A DNA stretch of 64,000 nucleotides, taken from Rhodosorus marinus CCMP1338. Its lineage: Eukaryota > Plantae > Rhodophyta. Shown here one piece after another: positions 1 through 14,032 of the stretch. The DNA lies in the NCBI GenBank assembly GCA_029953675.1, contig JAMWBK010000006.1:2356001-2420000 (forward strand), read 5' to 3'. The notes under the pieces were generated by a model. That model saw nothing but the letters and a program-made list of their open reading frames with translations, did not search any database and had not been told where the DNA came from. The position numbers were made by a program, and so were the translations under genes. Each line of letters opens with the position of its first letter. Within the stretch, counting starts at the first letter, position 1.

Positions 1-859
1 TCCCAGCCACAAACGCACATTTCTCGTTTGAATTTTCCAGGAAGAGGATACCAAACTGTGCTAATTCATCCGCCCGCGTTCGCTCAGCATCATTCAGCTC
101 ATGTTCGTGTTGGACTGCTACTTCAAAATCCCGCATGACCCCGGCCAGGGGTGGGTATCTGATCACATTGACTCGCAGGAAGTATCTCACTCTAACCTGG
201 GTTGAGTTTAAACAAACGCTGATTCTTCAGAGGGTCACCCGTGAGTGAGCTCGCAAGATCCCTTCACAAAACGTGCGATGAACCTTACATGTTCGCTCTC
301 GAACGTTTCATAATCTTTATCCACTTCAGCAAAGGTGAATGGCAAATCCTTTCTCCCCGCCACTACTCCAGAATTGTCCAGCACCCGCGTCATACTGAAG
401 AACTCTTCTGGTGCGCATCTCTTCCTGCGCAACAACTCCGGAATCAGAGTCTCGACAAGGAACTAGTAGAGCAAGTTCATTGAACATCGTACGTAGCGGT
501 CTCACCGCGCAACTCAATCGAAATCCGAGAGTACTTGAGACTGCCATTGACAAACACGGATACCTAAACGACGAGTCCTGCTGTCAATTCCAATTCGAAC
601 TTGCGATTTCCGTTCTGTATGAACTACTCACTGTCCCAGAAACACTGTCGCTCGCTCCGTAGACCGCGACTTCCTCTGATCTACTCGAAGTTTTCAGCCG
701 TCTCACTGAATGATCAAGGTCCTGGAAAAAGGGGGCAAAGCTTCAGCTAAACCAAAGCCATTCCCGCCCGGACACGGACAAATGTTAAAATCAACATACG
801 GCACTCACCAAAACTATACGAGGATCATCCAATCCAACGAGCCCAGCCAGCACATCCAT
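1..859 (-). CDS. VPS26: Retromer subunit VPS26-like (arrestin fold), multi-exon, 3' end outside window
   Basis: ATG at 859 gives MDVLAGLVGLDDPRIVL then a gtgagt donor. Later exons read RISIELRG, LPFTFAEVDKDYETFESEH|VRVRYFLRVNV, resembling the VPS26 pattern FPFEF..VEK.YESY.G.NV.LRYFLRV. The intron gtaagg...cag lies between H and V. Confidence 0.75.
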
Positions 860-1681
860 CGTAGCTTTACTAAATGCTCCATTGAACCTCACATTGACCA
901 CCATAGCATGTTGAGATATGATATGATAGTTCCCCTCTATACCACACTCCAGGATTAGTATCCCTTCTACTTGGCACCACAGGTAAAAGCAAATCCGAGA
1001 ATCGATTGTTTTATTTCCAAAAACTTAATTTTGTCAGCATTCGAATAAAGCCCAATCCTCTCCACAACTTTATTGATTGATATACAATCAAAAAAATGAA
1101 TTTTGCACAACTTGGATTGACAATATGGGGCGAGCTGTTATGGATAGCTCGTGATGGGTGGTACGGTGAACCGATGGAGGAGCTTAAGCTGCTAGACTAC
1201 GCGACCTAGTAAGCGAACTATAGATTCTTGAAGTAGTTCTTAGTCCAAAAGCGCTTTCTGGAACAACCTCGTGCTGCCCCTAGACTGAGTTGTCGCAGTT
1301 GTCCCACCAGTAGCTGCACCCCTCCAGTGTATTCGTCGATCAGAGTACGGTCAGTCTCCCGAGCAGGCTGTCCGTATCTAATCGATCGCTTTGCTTCTTG
1401 AGATCTGGCACGCTACAAGGTTCCTCTGGATTGCCCCGCGTCATGACATTTTCTACCTCAACAGGAGGACAAACGGACAACCCTGCTATCCATTTTAGAA
1501 ACTTGGCGTGTTTGACAAAGGGGCTGCAGCTTCCATTCCAGCCAGAGTTCGCAAGACGGCGGCTCAATGAAAGACCAAGCGAAACAGGAAAGTGGCGAGG
1601 CTCGCAGGGAGTTCGCTAGTGTTGTAGTGTCCATTTCTGGAGAAAGGCGCTTCTGATCAAGGCGTTTCTCCGTGAGGAGGG

Positions 1682-3932
1682 ATGGAGAATTTGTGGCTCC
1701 GATGGCTGCCAGTGTTCTACATCTCCGGCTTTGCCTTGCCGTTTCTACTTTATGGAGGGCAGAGGGACGTGAGATGGTGGTCTAGTACTAACAAGTTTGC
1801 GACTGACGAGACGTTTCTGGATTCTGAAACTGTTAACGGATGGGGGGATGACAGCGGCAAGTTGGTCACGATAATCCAGGTACTGCTGAGTTTGTCTAGT
1901 TTGGTTCATCATTATCAGTCATATCTGGGTGACTTAGACGTCCTTGTCTTGCGACTCTTCATAACTTGGGCAGATAACGGATACGCACATGAACTTCTTT
2001 GACGGAGGAATGGCTGCTGAGAAGTTTCAGTATTGTCTGAAGAATGTCATCCCTGTGGTAGGCCGTAATTCCGAATCCGACCTTTCCCAGCCCGTAAGGA
2101 TTTGGAAATGAGCTGCTCGAATTGAAAAGGAGTCTTTCGTTTCCGTCGTTTCCCCCGCACCAAGGTAAACCCTGATGCCGTGGTTGTCACGGGTGACTTG
2201 ACAAATTCGAAGCACTATAACACTTTTCCTTTCCTGGGAAAGTTCTCGGAGCAGAGGCCAGAAGAATGGGAGCTGTACAATAATCTCACACGCAAGACGA
2301 GAGCTAGTTTGTGGTGGATGGAAATACCCGGAAACCACGACAATTTCGGCAACGGTGAGAGAAACGGCCCTGGGGACTTCTACCACCGACAGATTTGGGC
2401 CTCCCCACAGCGAGTTTCCTCAATCAATATCAGGAAACCATTCGGTACTTATCGCCTCTTGACAATCGACGCGACTTTGGAAATGGGGCCGGTAAGCCAG
2501 CCGCCAACTCCCTCGTGAGTAGCCTCATCCAATTCACTTTTTTTTAACTCGAGATCGCTGCTTGCATTGTTTATCTATCGCCAAATCCCAGCATCGACCG
2601 TTCAACTTCTTCGGACATGCAACGGAGGATTTAATTCGGGAGTTTCGAGATACAATTACCCGTGACTCGGACTATCCTGTGGCGGCAACGCTTCTTTTCG
2701 GGCACTTTCCTTCAAGCACCATGCTGTTTGACGACTCACGTCGAAGAGGTTTCATACAGTCTGTACAGGATTTAGCAAGTATCAGCGCGTACATGAGCGG
2801 TCATCTACATTCAATCTTCAATTTGCTTCCCAACGGGCTCCGAAGCTTATCCAGAGACGGCCGCAGTTTGGAGTTGGAAACCCCCGACCTTTGGACATCT
2901 TCGAGTTTTCGGATGATCGTGTTTGATCATAACAGGCTTGCGGAGCATGTGCACAAAATAGGTCAGTGGCCCATTGTGGTAGTGACAAACCCGACTCCCG
3001 CTCTTTCAACGTCCGTGCCTGGATCCGCCGCAGCGGCCGCTCGATCGTCCCATATACGAGTGTTGCTCTATCGAGATCGGAAGTTGACAAGGCCTACAAC
3101 TCAGTTGAAAGTAGAAATCGATGGCCAAGTGGCAGGTCATACCGATGGACTAGAGGGACTCAATCTGGTTGCTTGGGACCCAGATACGTACTCTTCCGGC
3201 GTTCACAATCTTGAAGTTTTTGTGGATGGTGCTGATGAGGCGTGTGTTAGCTTTGACTTCAGTTTGGACGGAAGCAGCCGATTCCCCAGGTTTTCGTTGC
3301 TATCGACAGCACTGTATGTCGTCGAGATTCTGCTGAGCAGGACGGATTTTCCGCGACTTTTGGAGAAGCTGATCATTCTCGGTATTCTCGGGTGTATCGT
3401 GATCCTGGTCTACACTCGATATTCGCCCTCGTATACTGCTCGTTGGCCGGCTCTGAGGAGAAGCGTTTGGTGGTCCCTGTTCGCTTACTTGGGGTGGCTC
3501 CTCCTAGGGTGGTTTTATGTCATCCCAGGCCTCGTTCCAGGAATCCAGGCGCGGTATGCGTTCGTAGGCGTTCTAGGAACACGGACTGGTGACCACAAAA
3601 TCTCTTCGTCCGACGCCAATATCAGTCTTGCCCTGTTCGTTTGGTTTACTTTGGTACCCATGGTGACTGGCTCTGTAGTTTCGACAAGGTACCAGTCCGT
3701 TAGGAGAAGGATTCTGTTTGTTGGCCCTTTGTGGGTGGTGTTTCTCACGCGCATGGCTGGGACAATTCTGGATATGTCCGGAGCATACGGACCCACGGTC
3801 GCGCTCTTGTCTCCTTGTCTTGCACCCACTGCGTTCCTTGGGGTGTACTCGATGAGAACCTTGTGGAATCCCTCTGATGTCAGTGAGAGTTTCCGTCCAA
3901 ACGGAGAAGCCAAAGTCGAGAAGAGTACCTAA
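1682..3932 (+). CDS. TMEM62: TMEM62-like calcineurin-like metallophosphoesterase with C-terminal transmembrane region (~4 exons)
   Basis: N-terminal hydrophobic anchor. Spliced motifs Q|ITDTH (DxH), VVVTGDLT, IPGNHD, LLFGHFP and MSGHLH follow, then ~6 hydrophobic segments. This matches the TMEM62/Cwf family architecture. Confidence 0.8.
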
Positions 3933-4217
3933 CCGCCTAGTTGATTTTCAATGTACAAATTTCCTCGCCCTTTTTATTTGTATTTAATAGCTAATACTAG
4001 AAGAATAATATTGCTTAGCATCGCTAAGCTTGAGGAATCCCGACGCGGACTTGGCTTCTTGCATCTTATACACATCCAACGTCCCCTTTTTCGTTGTACA
4101 ACGCGAACGCTGCTCACGTGACCACGCGATACTCCACCGTACGATACCAGCGAGAGCCCCAGATGGAAAGGCACTCTGTTGGGCATCTATAGAAAGGGCA
4201 AACCTCACTCTCCACGC

Positions 4218-7200
4218 TTATGGGTTTGAACTTAGTTCTGAGCACTTGGCGGCTAAGAACTCTATTGCCGATCGCAAAGTAGACCTTTCGAGGAACACTC
4301 CACAGTCAATACTGCTGCAGCCAACGTCGGCCGGGTCTCGCCACCGCACACATTCCATGCACACGACGGAATACTTTCTCTCCCAGTTCTGCGGTGAAGA
4401 AAACTTGGAAATTGAGACGATCACATGCAATTTGACAACTGAGGAAGCACAAGCTACCACACAGAAGCGAGCTCCCTTTCTCCGCTAACGTCCAACCGGG
4501 AAGCCTCACCTCAGCTTTCTTCAGCCGCTGAGAAAGTACGAATCGAGCACTCTGAGGATTTGACTTGCACTTGCCGCAAACACCTCCTCCTTGGAAATTC
4601 TCGGCGCATAGGGAACATTTCTCAGAATTGTAGTAGCCGTAGAGGGTAGTCAGCCCAGCACGAGACGATCTGTCCGCTCGTGGCCGTATCGAAGGTCTCG
4701 GCATATCTGTGAACCTGGCGTGACGACAAGCTTCCTTGAGACGGAGACACAACCCCGGATAAGATCGAGGGTACCGTTTTGGTTAGACGTACCACGACGC
4801 AACATCCACTCCCAGAAGATGAAAATGTCTCTCGAGTGTGGGAATGATCTGCTTAGTAATATAGTACGTGGTGTTGATTCGGAGCGGGGCTTGCGACATC
4901 TTCAGCACATATTCGGGTGCAACCACGTTGTCTCTTAGCGGAGCGTTCGGTGCAGAGTAAACCACTACGTAAGCCACCCGCTCTCCATGCTTGGGCACAG
5001 CTCGTGGATCTGTTTGCATCGCACGAGTCGCAACGATGGCAGCAGGCGGGAGATGTCCAGGCTTATAAGTACCGAGCCTGACCTCCTGCCGGAAAATGAA
5101 TTCACTCAGTGATACCTTCTCAGCAATTATTCGCTTCCACTGCCTCTCAGCGTATTTGCGAACTCGAGATATATCGTTCGTTTCAAACAAAGTGCGAAGC
5201 GCTCGTTCGAGAACCTTTCTCACTGCGTCGCATGTATCTCTACGGACAGTCTCAATACCCTGCGAGAATGTCAAGTCAGACAAAGGAACAAAGGACCCAG
5301 ACAATTAGCTCTGAACAGCTTTCCACCCCTGTTTTTATCACCTCTTTCATCTGCTATCGGTCAGAATTTCGAGCACATAGTTCGCACCTTGGCATCGAAA
5401 ATCGGGTGCACTTGATCTGGATTTTCGTACATGTAGCCTACGTATCGTTTCTTTGTAAGCAGCATACACGGATGATAAACCTGCCCACAGTGCGAAGGGT
5501 TCGAGGATTCTAGTGTTCAGTCTGGGGTTACGTTAGTCTCGGGTTTCTCTGTCCTAGGCTGATTTCTCGTGAAACAAACCTTTTCCATTTGCAACTTTAT
5601 CGGGGCCGGAAACTCCTGCGAGACTTGATCAGCAATTTCCTGTCCAATGACGTGAGCCTGGTCACGCGTACAACCAGGCAAGAGCACGAATAGGGAGTCC
5701 GTATCGCCATAGACCACTTGCGCGTTGACATGTGCCCATTTCTCTGCAACGAGATGTGCGCTCTTCTCAAGTGCATCGCGACTGCATTGTACTATTGTAT
5801 CTGCTAGACCCGCGCACGGCATTCTGCCGGAGAAGGATGCGGTTGTGTAACCGTATGTTACATTCGCGATCATCTTCAGCGCGAACTGCCTTGCGTTTAA
5901 ACGTCTCAGAAGAGATGTATTGTCCCCCTTCATTTTTCCAACCTCCTTCATGGCCTGCTTGACCATCACTCGAGAGTCCAGAATCTCCTTTAAGAGCTGC
6001 GGAAGAACACCACGACGTACATCTGAAGTACAAAACACTTCTCCATTGGTCCCAACGAACACGTCCCAGTTCGAGGATGCGGAACCGGCGTTTTGCAGAA
6101 CATCAGTTTCGGGGGGCACATAACCATTTACAACACCCAGTTTGCGAGGTTGGCCCCACTCTCTCACGTTTCGGAGTGATCCCATCATCGTCGAAAAGCA
6201 CAGGTTGTGGGCTATGATCATGGACGGATACAGTGACTGAAAATCGAGAACCACAACTGGATCGGTGTAGTATCGACTTTTCGGCTCCATGACCAATGGT
6301 AAGCACTCCACAGCCTGTTGCTTGAAAACCTGCTCACGAGTTGCAGCCAGCAGAATAAAGTCGCGCTGGTGGCTCAACCGCACGAGCATGCTCTCGACGC
6401 GGTACTGGGACCCCCTCGTAAGCACCGACATGAAGTCTATTCCGTAGACTCGCGCTTGCTCGCTAGTCCGACCGATGACGTCCAGAGCATCCATGAGACC
6501 GAATGTGAGCTGGCTGCGCAGCACAAGGTAACGGAGTGCTCTATGAGCAGTAGATTTGCTGCCCACGCCGCTGAACCATGAGTTCAGTTGTCTTGTGGAG
6601 TGTAATGCGACTCTACACCCGAGAACCTCTGCGACTACATTCTCAAAGGTGTAGCTGTTCAGCTTAACCTCTTGTCGTACAACTCTCCACAGGTTTAACA
6701 CGTGTCTCCCCGTTATGTTGAAGCCTCCTCCAGCTGTTTTCTTCATGTATTCGACCGCAACGTTCACCTTTTTCGGTGCACTCTCTTTTTCCGTCGCTTC
6801 CTTTTCGGTGCTCGTTCCCGGAGGACGAAAACGTCGCAGCTCTGGCATCCGTGAGATGACCTCACCAAAGTCAATACCAAGAACTGCAGCCCGGTCAACG
6901 AGGTACCCCAAGGACCCGTTCTGCGCTTCGAATCTGTACAGTCCATTAAGGGTTAAGTCACAACAGGAAGATGAGTTGTCCGCAATATCGAAATTTGGCA
7001 TCTACACATGGTATGATTCTAGGATGCTCTCTCCTACCCTACAATTACGTCCGGGTCGTTCTCGATCAGAGCATTAGCGACAGATTGAAAAAGGTCAGTC
7101 TCCGATCCGCTCCAGCTAGTGTCTACTTCTTCCCTTAGGCCAGCGCTCCATAACTCGGATATTTGCTCGTTCACAGCAAACAGAAGAGTTTTCGTCTCAG

Positions 7201-10200
7201 CCTGCCAAGCCTCGTGCCGACTTTGCTCCGCTCGAGTCATGAGAACGACTATTCGGACTGCGTCAAACCTCGGGTCTGAAAGCAGGCCCTTTCGAGATGC
7301 AGCGAGGACTTCTAACACAACAACAGTCATTTTTTGTGTCTGGCCAAGTGCCTCAGCAATCGTGTGTTCCACCATTGCCTCCGCATCCATACCATGGTCT
7401 CGTCCCATCGCCTTCCTCGGCCCCGATAAATGAGAACTGTCATTTACGGAAGAGCGCGTACGTTTGGAATGAATCTGGAAGTATGAACTCTCGTCATACT
7501 TGGGGGACGCCGGACGCTCAACGTTAATGCCGTCTACCAGTGTTCTCTCCTGAACAAGGGTTGCGATTAGATCCTCTTGTTCCGCCTCGCTCTGAGTCAG
7601 CTCGTCCACATCGGAATCTTCGGATGAGACCTGTTCGTCATAGCCGGTCATTACGCGAACCGGTCTACGTCTCTGTTTCACTGCGGCAGGTCGCGCTGAC
7701 TGGCTGTCTGTAGATTGCGTCGGCCCTGCAGCCAGGCCAGGGCTGGGTAGGTTTGCTTCGTAAGCCACTTCCCTTCCGGCGCTATCAATTCTTGTTCTTT
7801 TCACACCCATCATAGTGCTCCTTCTCGAGGAAGCCATTCTTCCCAGTTCAGAATACAGAGGTGGGCGCTTTCCAGCCGCAACTACATTCGCAACATGCTC
7901 GTCAGCTTGAGCATTGAGGTTGGGCCTGTCCAGAAGCAAGGACCGGGCCTCCGGAAGCGCCGATGCGGTCCCCAGTGGAATCCGAAACAACACCCCTCCG
8001 TAGGTCTTCGGTTTTGTGGGTCGGTCCTGTTTGATGCTGTAGTACGGCTTTGGATGTACCGTTGGTGAAACTCCACAGCCGGCCAGGGAATTCTGCAGAT
8101 CCTCTGAGCTGGGCGCAGCTCGCCGAGCCCTGACAACGCTCTCGACCTGGCGGGACTCATCGACTTCTATTCGTTCAGAGTTATGCAACTCTTTCCATGT
8201 AAACGAACAGAACCACTTTCCGCTTCAGGTGAAGGTAGTTATGAAAGTCTGGTAATCGATACTGCATGGCCGTACCTGTCCTCTCCCGGGCTTCCAATTC
8301 CGTTGTTTGACGACTGCGCGGCTGGCCAGGGCCTGAAGAATGCTTGACTGATGTTTCGTTGGCGGTAGTTGCGTTGCTGTTGTCTTTTTCCTTGTCGGAT
8401 CCAGCCTCCTTCAAGGTAACCTTGTTCATAACTGAGTTCATGCTTGCATCGTACGTGGTAAGGACGTCTCCATTCAATATTGTTGTTCGCTGCTCAGGGT
8501 CTCCTTCGTCCTGTGTGGGCATGAAATCCAACAGAATCTGCTCCTGTTTGGCTTTACTCGACAGGATCCCTTCAGACCTCGTATGCACCATTTCTTTCGT
8601 TGCGAACTCAGGGTACTCGCCCTCGATGGCTCCTCGTCCGATTTCCTTCACGACGTTGATATCATCCGGACATTGATCTACATGCTTTTCAAACTCCTTT
8701 ACACCTTTCGAATCATCAGGTTCAATTTTCGCCGTTTCCTCGTCCAAAATGTTGTCGATGTCGTCTTGCAGTTGTGTAGAAGATGACAGCAAGGCGGTGT
8801 CTTCCTTGTCTGTTTCAACAGAATCGATGCCCTCCACGCGGGTGGTTTCCAAATCTTCTGAGCACGAAAAGTCCAAACAAGTAATACACCGCAGCATCAA
8901 TCTTTCCTGTGAGCCTTCGCAATCCGTCCCCGCTTACAATCTGCCGTGTTGCAAGATAGCGTTCAGCTTCGACTCACCTTCTCCTTCTTCTTCGCTTATA
9001 GTTGGATCAACTTTCAACGTCGCAAGTCTAGCTGCTCTCAGGCGTACACCTCGCTCGTCAGGCGGGGTTTCCGGTACAATCTCGTCTGAAAATGACGGAT
9101 GGTCCTTCTTGTCCCAAGTTTCATGTTCGGCATTAGAGTCTACCCTCAAACCAGGGGCTGCGGTGGTTTCCTTCGGTCTTACAGATCTCACCTGATCGCT
9201 ACGTCGACGTTTCCCAGCCGGTATTTCGAACCGCAGTGATTTCCTCGCCTCCATCAATTTCGAGTTTCCTGGGCGCTCCCCTAAGCTTTCGTGCTCCTGG
9301 ACAGTCATGAAATTCGTTCGAGGACTCCTCCTTTCTGTCTGCTGCCACTCTGCTGTCCCTCGCTTCAACTGCATCTCCCTAGGTGCGACTTCAAAGCTGT
9401 CGTAGTCGCGGGTACCTCTAACCGCAGTCGGTGCAGTGCTCGAGTCAGTCTTCAGGCGCTGGAGCTTTTGTGGACTCTCTGCAGTTCCTGTCGGCCAAGC
9501 AGAGCTGAACGCCAATGGCTCGTAATGAGCAGCAGAAACGCGTTTCTCACGTGTATTCTGTACAGTCTTGGTTAGGCGAGCCGTGGTTTCAAAGGACAGT
9601 TATGATTAAGATCCGGGTGAGTGAGCGTCCTACAGTCGTAGCCAGTCGCGTCCCTTATTGCGTGCGATGCATTCAATTACCTTTGGATTGCTCTCGCTGA
9701 TTCGCTCTTCTCTTTTCAGGTTTCTCGCATTCTGCGTGGACTTCTTCGGATCCTGGATATGCCTGAGCGAGAGAGGTTTGTATCCTGTCGTCCGACGGCT
9801 TTTCTGTTTTTCGTGCACCGAATCAGATCTCGAATGTACTGCATTAGACCTCTCTGGCCGCGGTTGTCCTCCTCCCCGCTTATCATCGTCCTCAGGGTTC
9901 GCACCGTCAAGCTGCGGAATCTGGAGGTCCTCCGACGTATCCTTCGGACGGGTTTGCTCTTGCTGCGCTTGTGTGCATTCCAGGATGTCTGCCCACGCAG
10001 CATCATTGATGTCCTGATCAGGGGACGAATTCAGGATACCCTCGTTGGTTGGTTCCCCTTCGACATCGCCTTCCACACTCTGCTCCGCGTTGTTCCCCAA
10101 CCACTCCAAAAGTACTCCATCGGGTTCTCTAGGCGGCTCCGGGTCTTCAATGTTGTCGCCAGTGTAAGTGCTCCGCAGCAAATCTCCAGCCAGTTCAGCG

Positions 10201-11438
10201 TCAAGCGCGTCCATAGCCCTGACCTCCTGAGAAGTTATGGAGCATATTCGCGCTGTGGAAGTCGGAACTGCTCCCTGCGATTCCTGGGTTTTGCGCTCCT
10301 GCTTCCTTCCCGCTAGTCTTTCTTCTTCGAGTAGGCCTTCAAGATGGTTGAGGTGCTTGGGATCTGACAAATGCCTGCCTGCAACAACGTCTCGTGCGAC
10401 ATGTGCCGGAGCTGGGGGTGTTTGCTTTCGTCGTAGTCGCTCCTCCTCCCACAGTACACGCAGTGTATGAACAGCTCGCTCTTCGGTTTTGCCTCCGTAA
10501 TCGGGGTCGAGTTGCAGCAAGTTCTCCTTGTTCAAGACGTCATCAACAAAAGCGTCGAGTTCAATTTCACTAACAGTTCTACGAAATACCGGGAAGCCCC
10601 AGAACAGATTTGGCTGCGCTTCTTCGAGGCCACGGACAAAACGCCTGTTGTGGATGTCGTAGGAGAATAGCTGGGACGCATTGTTCTCAGCAGCTGGAAG
10701 AGGAGCCCTAAACTTGCATGCGGAAAGGTTCAAAAATCCCATTCCAGCGATGTTTAAATCAACCATCACTTGCAACGTGAATGGTATGTGGGATTCGTAT
10801 GGCTGAAGCGCTCCACCGCCGTTTTGCAGGAGACCAGATGCGCATAACGAAGCGAGCCTGCCAATGAACGCCGGATTGAAAGCCGTGATTTTGAGGAATA
10901 CTCTCGATCCATCGCTGTACCCGTAAATGCCTCGCTTCGAAACTATTTCGACCGCACTGACGAAGCGCTCCCTTATCGGTGCAGGTTGGTCTCCAGTAGC
11001 ACTTCCGCTGCGAAGCGATGCGCTTATAGCTCCTTCCAACTCCGCATGCAAATCCTTGGCGAACTTCTCAGACTCTGATAGATAAACCTTATCATGGGGA
11101 AAACGAGTTTCGTCTGAGATTCATTGCCCGGGTCAAAGAGAGAGTAAGCACCTGCAGTGAACGCAAACCTTGGTGGGCAAGGGAACGAAGAAATGCGGGA
11201 GAGCACCGTGAAGATGTACACATGCCTTCTGACCAGCAGGAGTTGCACCGAAGATGCGGACAACTGGTACTCGCGTGGTCGCCAAACTGTCTGACTTCTT
11301 CAGCGCGGTGAGGAATCGGCGGTCGTGGCTCATTTCCGACAATCTTGAGAGGTAGTAGTCCAAGTGGGTTATCTGCACGCTCACAGCAGCTTGCGAGAGA
11401 CCGGAGTCTACTGACGAACGGGACTTGTTCGACTCCAT
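4218..11438 (-). CDS. REV3: DNA polymerase zeta catalytic subunit (B family), multi-exon
   Basis: N-terminus VQITHLDYY...RIFGATPAGQKACVHLHGALPHF, YESHIPFTLQVMVD, SDPRFDAV, DPDVIVG|FEAQNGSLGYL. Pol motifs VLDFQSLYPS, KMIANVTYGY and VVYGDTDSLFV are present. C-terminal CysA (CSLC...CGKC) and CysB (CMEC...CSSIDC). Apparent in-frame stops are removed by plausible introns. Confidence 0.95.
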
Positions 11439-12238
11439 GATCAACCAATGTCCGGTTCTCCCGACTGGGCGGAGGGTTAAGGTGCACTATACCCGAGTTT
11501 CTCTTCTGCAGCCTCGTCAGAAACAGAACCCCAGAAGCCGACTGCGAGACGAATCCCCATGTTGGTCGTTTGTTCTGCTCAGTTTCCATGCATCCTCAAT
11601 TGCTGCGGATTCCTGCCGTAGAATTGCAGGGTCTGCTCCCGGGCACCCCTCATGATTCAGCGAAGATAGAGTAGCGCCAAACAATCTCATCGAATTGCGT
11701 AGATTAGAAACAGGTCTCTTCAACGAATCTCCCCTTTAGCAGCTGCCATGATTGGTGTGCTGGATGAACTCATAGAATGAAAAAGGACAATCTGGTCGTT
11801 CCTAGCTTTCAGCATTCCAGTTCAGCGCTGATGTGCTGGTTCTGGCTGTTTAAAGGACATCGAATCTGGAAGAGTCATGCGGATGCTGCTGGGTCGGGTA
11901 CCTTGAGAGCTTATAGAGAGTTCTCTGTTAGGGACAGCTTGAACTTCATTCTTGCCGGGGCGCGGTTTTAGGGTGATCTTCAGACCAGCGTTCTAGTGCG
12001 TGCTCTGGTCGGAAACAGAACCTTCTCAGCGTTTGTTCAATTGGATCAGGTTTGCGGGTTTCTGTTGAGAATCGCCGTCGAGGAGGAAGAGAGGGTGGTG
12101 CCCTGGTGCTGTATGAAATTGGACTATTTGGTGTTTGCTTGGGCAGCTACAGTGCTAGTTGAAAAAGCAAATCCGAGGGCTCAGCGTTCGCATTCGGATG
12201 CTTCCTTTACGAATCTGAGTGATGTTGATTTGACCTCC

Positions 12239-13057
12239 ATGAAGGATTCGGTGGATCTTGGAGATGGTGCTGATGGTTTGCGGGAATACGAGCAAAAACG
12301 TGCAGCGGGGAGGCGCGATGGGCGCGAGGCGAGCGAGCTGAGGGCTCTCAAGGTTGAGCAGGATTTTCTTGAGCAGTGCGATGGATCTTCGAGGTTGGCT
12401 TGTGGTGGTACCGTCGTCATGGCTGCTGTGTATGGACCTATTGAGTGCCCACTAAAAGCACAGCTGTCAGATCGTGCGATCGTCAGAGTGGATGTGAAGG
12501 GAGCATCTTCTACAGTTTCTCGATCGTCGAAATGGCTAGAAAAGTACTTCCGTGAATCTTTTGAACCAGTTATTGCAACAGGAATGTTTCCACGGAGCGC
12601 CATCGTCATCGCTTTACAAGTTATGCAGGATGACGGCTCCGTCCTTGCTACTGGGATCAACGCGGGTATGATGGCCTTAGTTGACGCGGTTGTACCTTTG
12701 AGGTCTATTGTATGCGCGAGCTCGGTTGCGATGAATTCTAACCATACGCTGGTGCTTGATCCAACTCAAGCTGAACAGGGTGAGGCTGTTGTTCATGCAA
12801 CCTTTGCTTTCGAATCTGGCGGCGGGCTGGTATCATGTAAGGTACGTGCTTATACAAAAACAGGCAGTACCAACCCATCGTGTACGAACCTTCACACTTA
12901 ACCGTTTTATTCCCCCCGTGGCCAGACTTGGGGTTTCTTTGAAGACGAACGGTCATTTTCCAACGCCGCCTCAATCGCAGAGCAGGCAGCTGGCAAGGTG
13001 CAGGCGTTCCTACAGATAGCCTCCAACCGTAAAGTCAACGAATCGCACAGTATTTAG
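12239..13057 (+). CDS. RRP46: Exosome RNase PH-like subunit Rrp46 (EXOSC5), 2 exons
   Basis: RRDGREASELR, DGSS...TVVMAAVYGP, FPRSAIVIALQVMQDDGSVLATGINAGMMALVDAVVPL. One intron gtacgt...cag near the 3' end. Rrp46 rather than Rrp41 is an inference from the AAVYGP/DDGS motifs. Confidence 0.8.
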
Positions 13058-13589
13058 GGTGAAGGTATACAACTAAACTAGCACTGACTAACAGAGTAGT
13101 CATAGGAGCCAAACCACAACCTCGTCACTATTCTCAACAGAGCAAGATTGATTCATCCTAACACAGACAGCCTACTTCCTCACTGCTCCTGATTCAGCGT
13201 TATCCTTACCCTTCCAAGCTCAAACTGTTTTTATCAAGCCAGCGAACCCACAATCTCTCTCTTCACACTCTTACAACCCCGACCATAGCTTAGCAGATGA
13301 ACGAGATGGGAGCTTGCCTAGAATGTTCCATGATCCATAATATACGCCAATGTATCTTAATAAAGCCACATTCAGCTTCAAAAATGAACCACGGGATTTT
13401 CCACCTTTCAATTTCTTTTTATGAGGTTATAACTACGGCATCAGAATTTTGCTCTTAGACAAGGTCCAAGATTTGGTACGATTTGCGGCGGGAAGGGTGT
13501 GGCCTTTGTAAAGGGCTCCGAAAGCGGTTGCTCAGGCTCGCAAGCCGTGAGGAAGGTTTGCGAGAGATAATTCTATTTCTGTTTTTTTT

Positions 13590-13652
13590 GGGAGGTGGGT
13601 GGGTGAGGGGAAGGAGTTGAGGGGGGTGTGGTTCTATGGATTAGGATGGGGG
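13590..13652 (+). promoter_or_regulatory. G-tract cluster with G-quadruplex potential upstream of AFG3/FtsH
   Basis: GGGAGGTGGGTGGGTGAGGGGAAGGAGTTGAGGGGGG...GGGGG: at least 5 tracts of G3 or longer in ~60 nt. Function unproven. Confidence 0.45.
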
Positions 13653-14032
13653 ATGGTAGTGCGAGTTGGCTTTGCTTGTAGCGAGGGTCGTCTTGTATGA
13701 ATCCGGTTTCTTCTTGAGTATTGTACATTTTTTAGAGGATGTGTTGGAGCTGACTACTTTTTTTTCTTTTTTTTTGGTTGAGAGTGTGGGGTGGTCGCTT
13801 TACATTGTTTATGAGGAAAAGAAGAGTTCGTTTTGTTGGTACCATAGGAATCTTGTGGAAAGTGGCGTGAAGAGTACTGGATTTAGTCTGAAGGACACTT
13901 TATTTTTCCTCCGCTGACGGAGAGTTGTGCAGGCCGGTGAGGATTTGCGCAGCTGACATCCAGGTACATGATCCGCGGACCTCGAGGTAAATTTTTCTGC
14001 GTTGCTCTGCCAGTGTGAGTGTGAATGTCGGG

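Noticed and set aside
8900-8936. In-frame TAA within REV3 suggesting readthrough or a pseudogene
   Set aside because: It is removed by a phase-1 intron (G|gtgagt ~8977 to ctcag|AA GAT ~8860).
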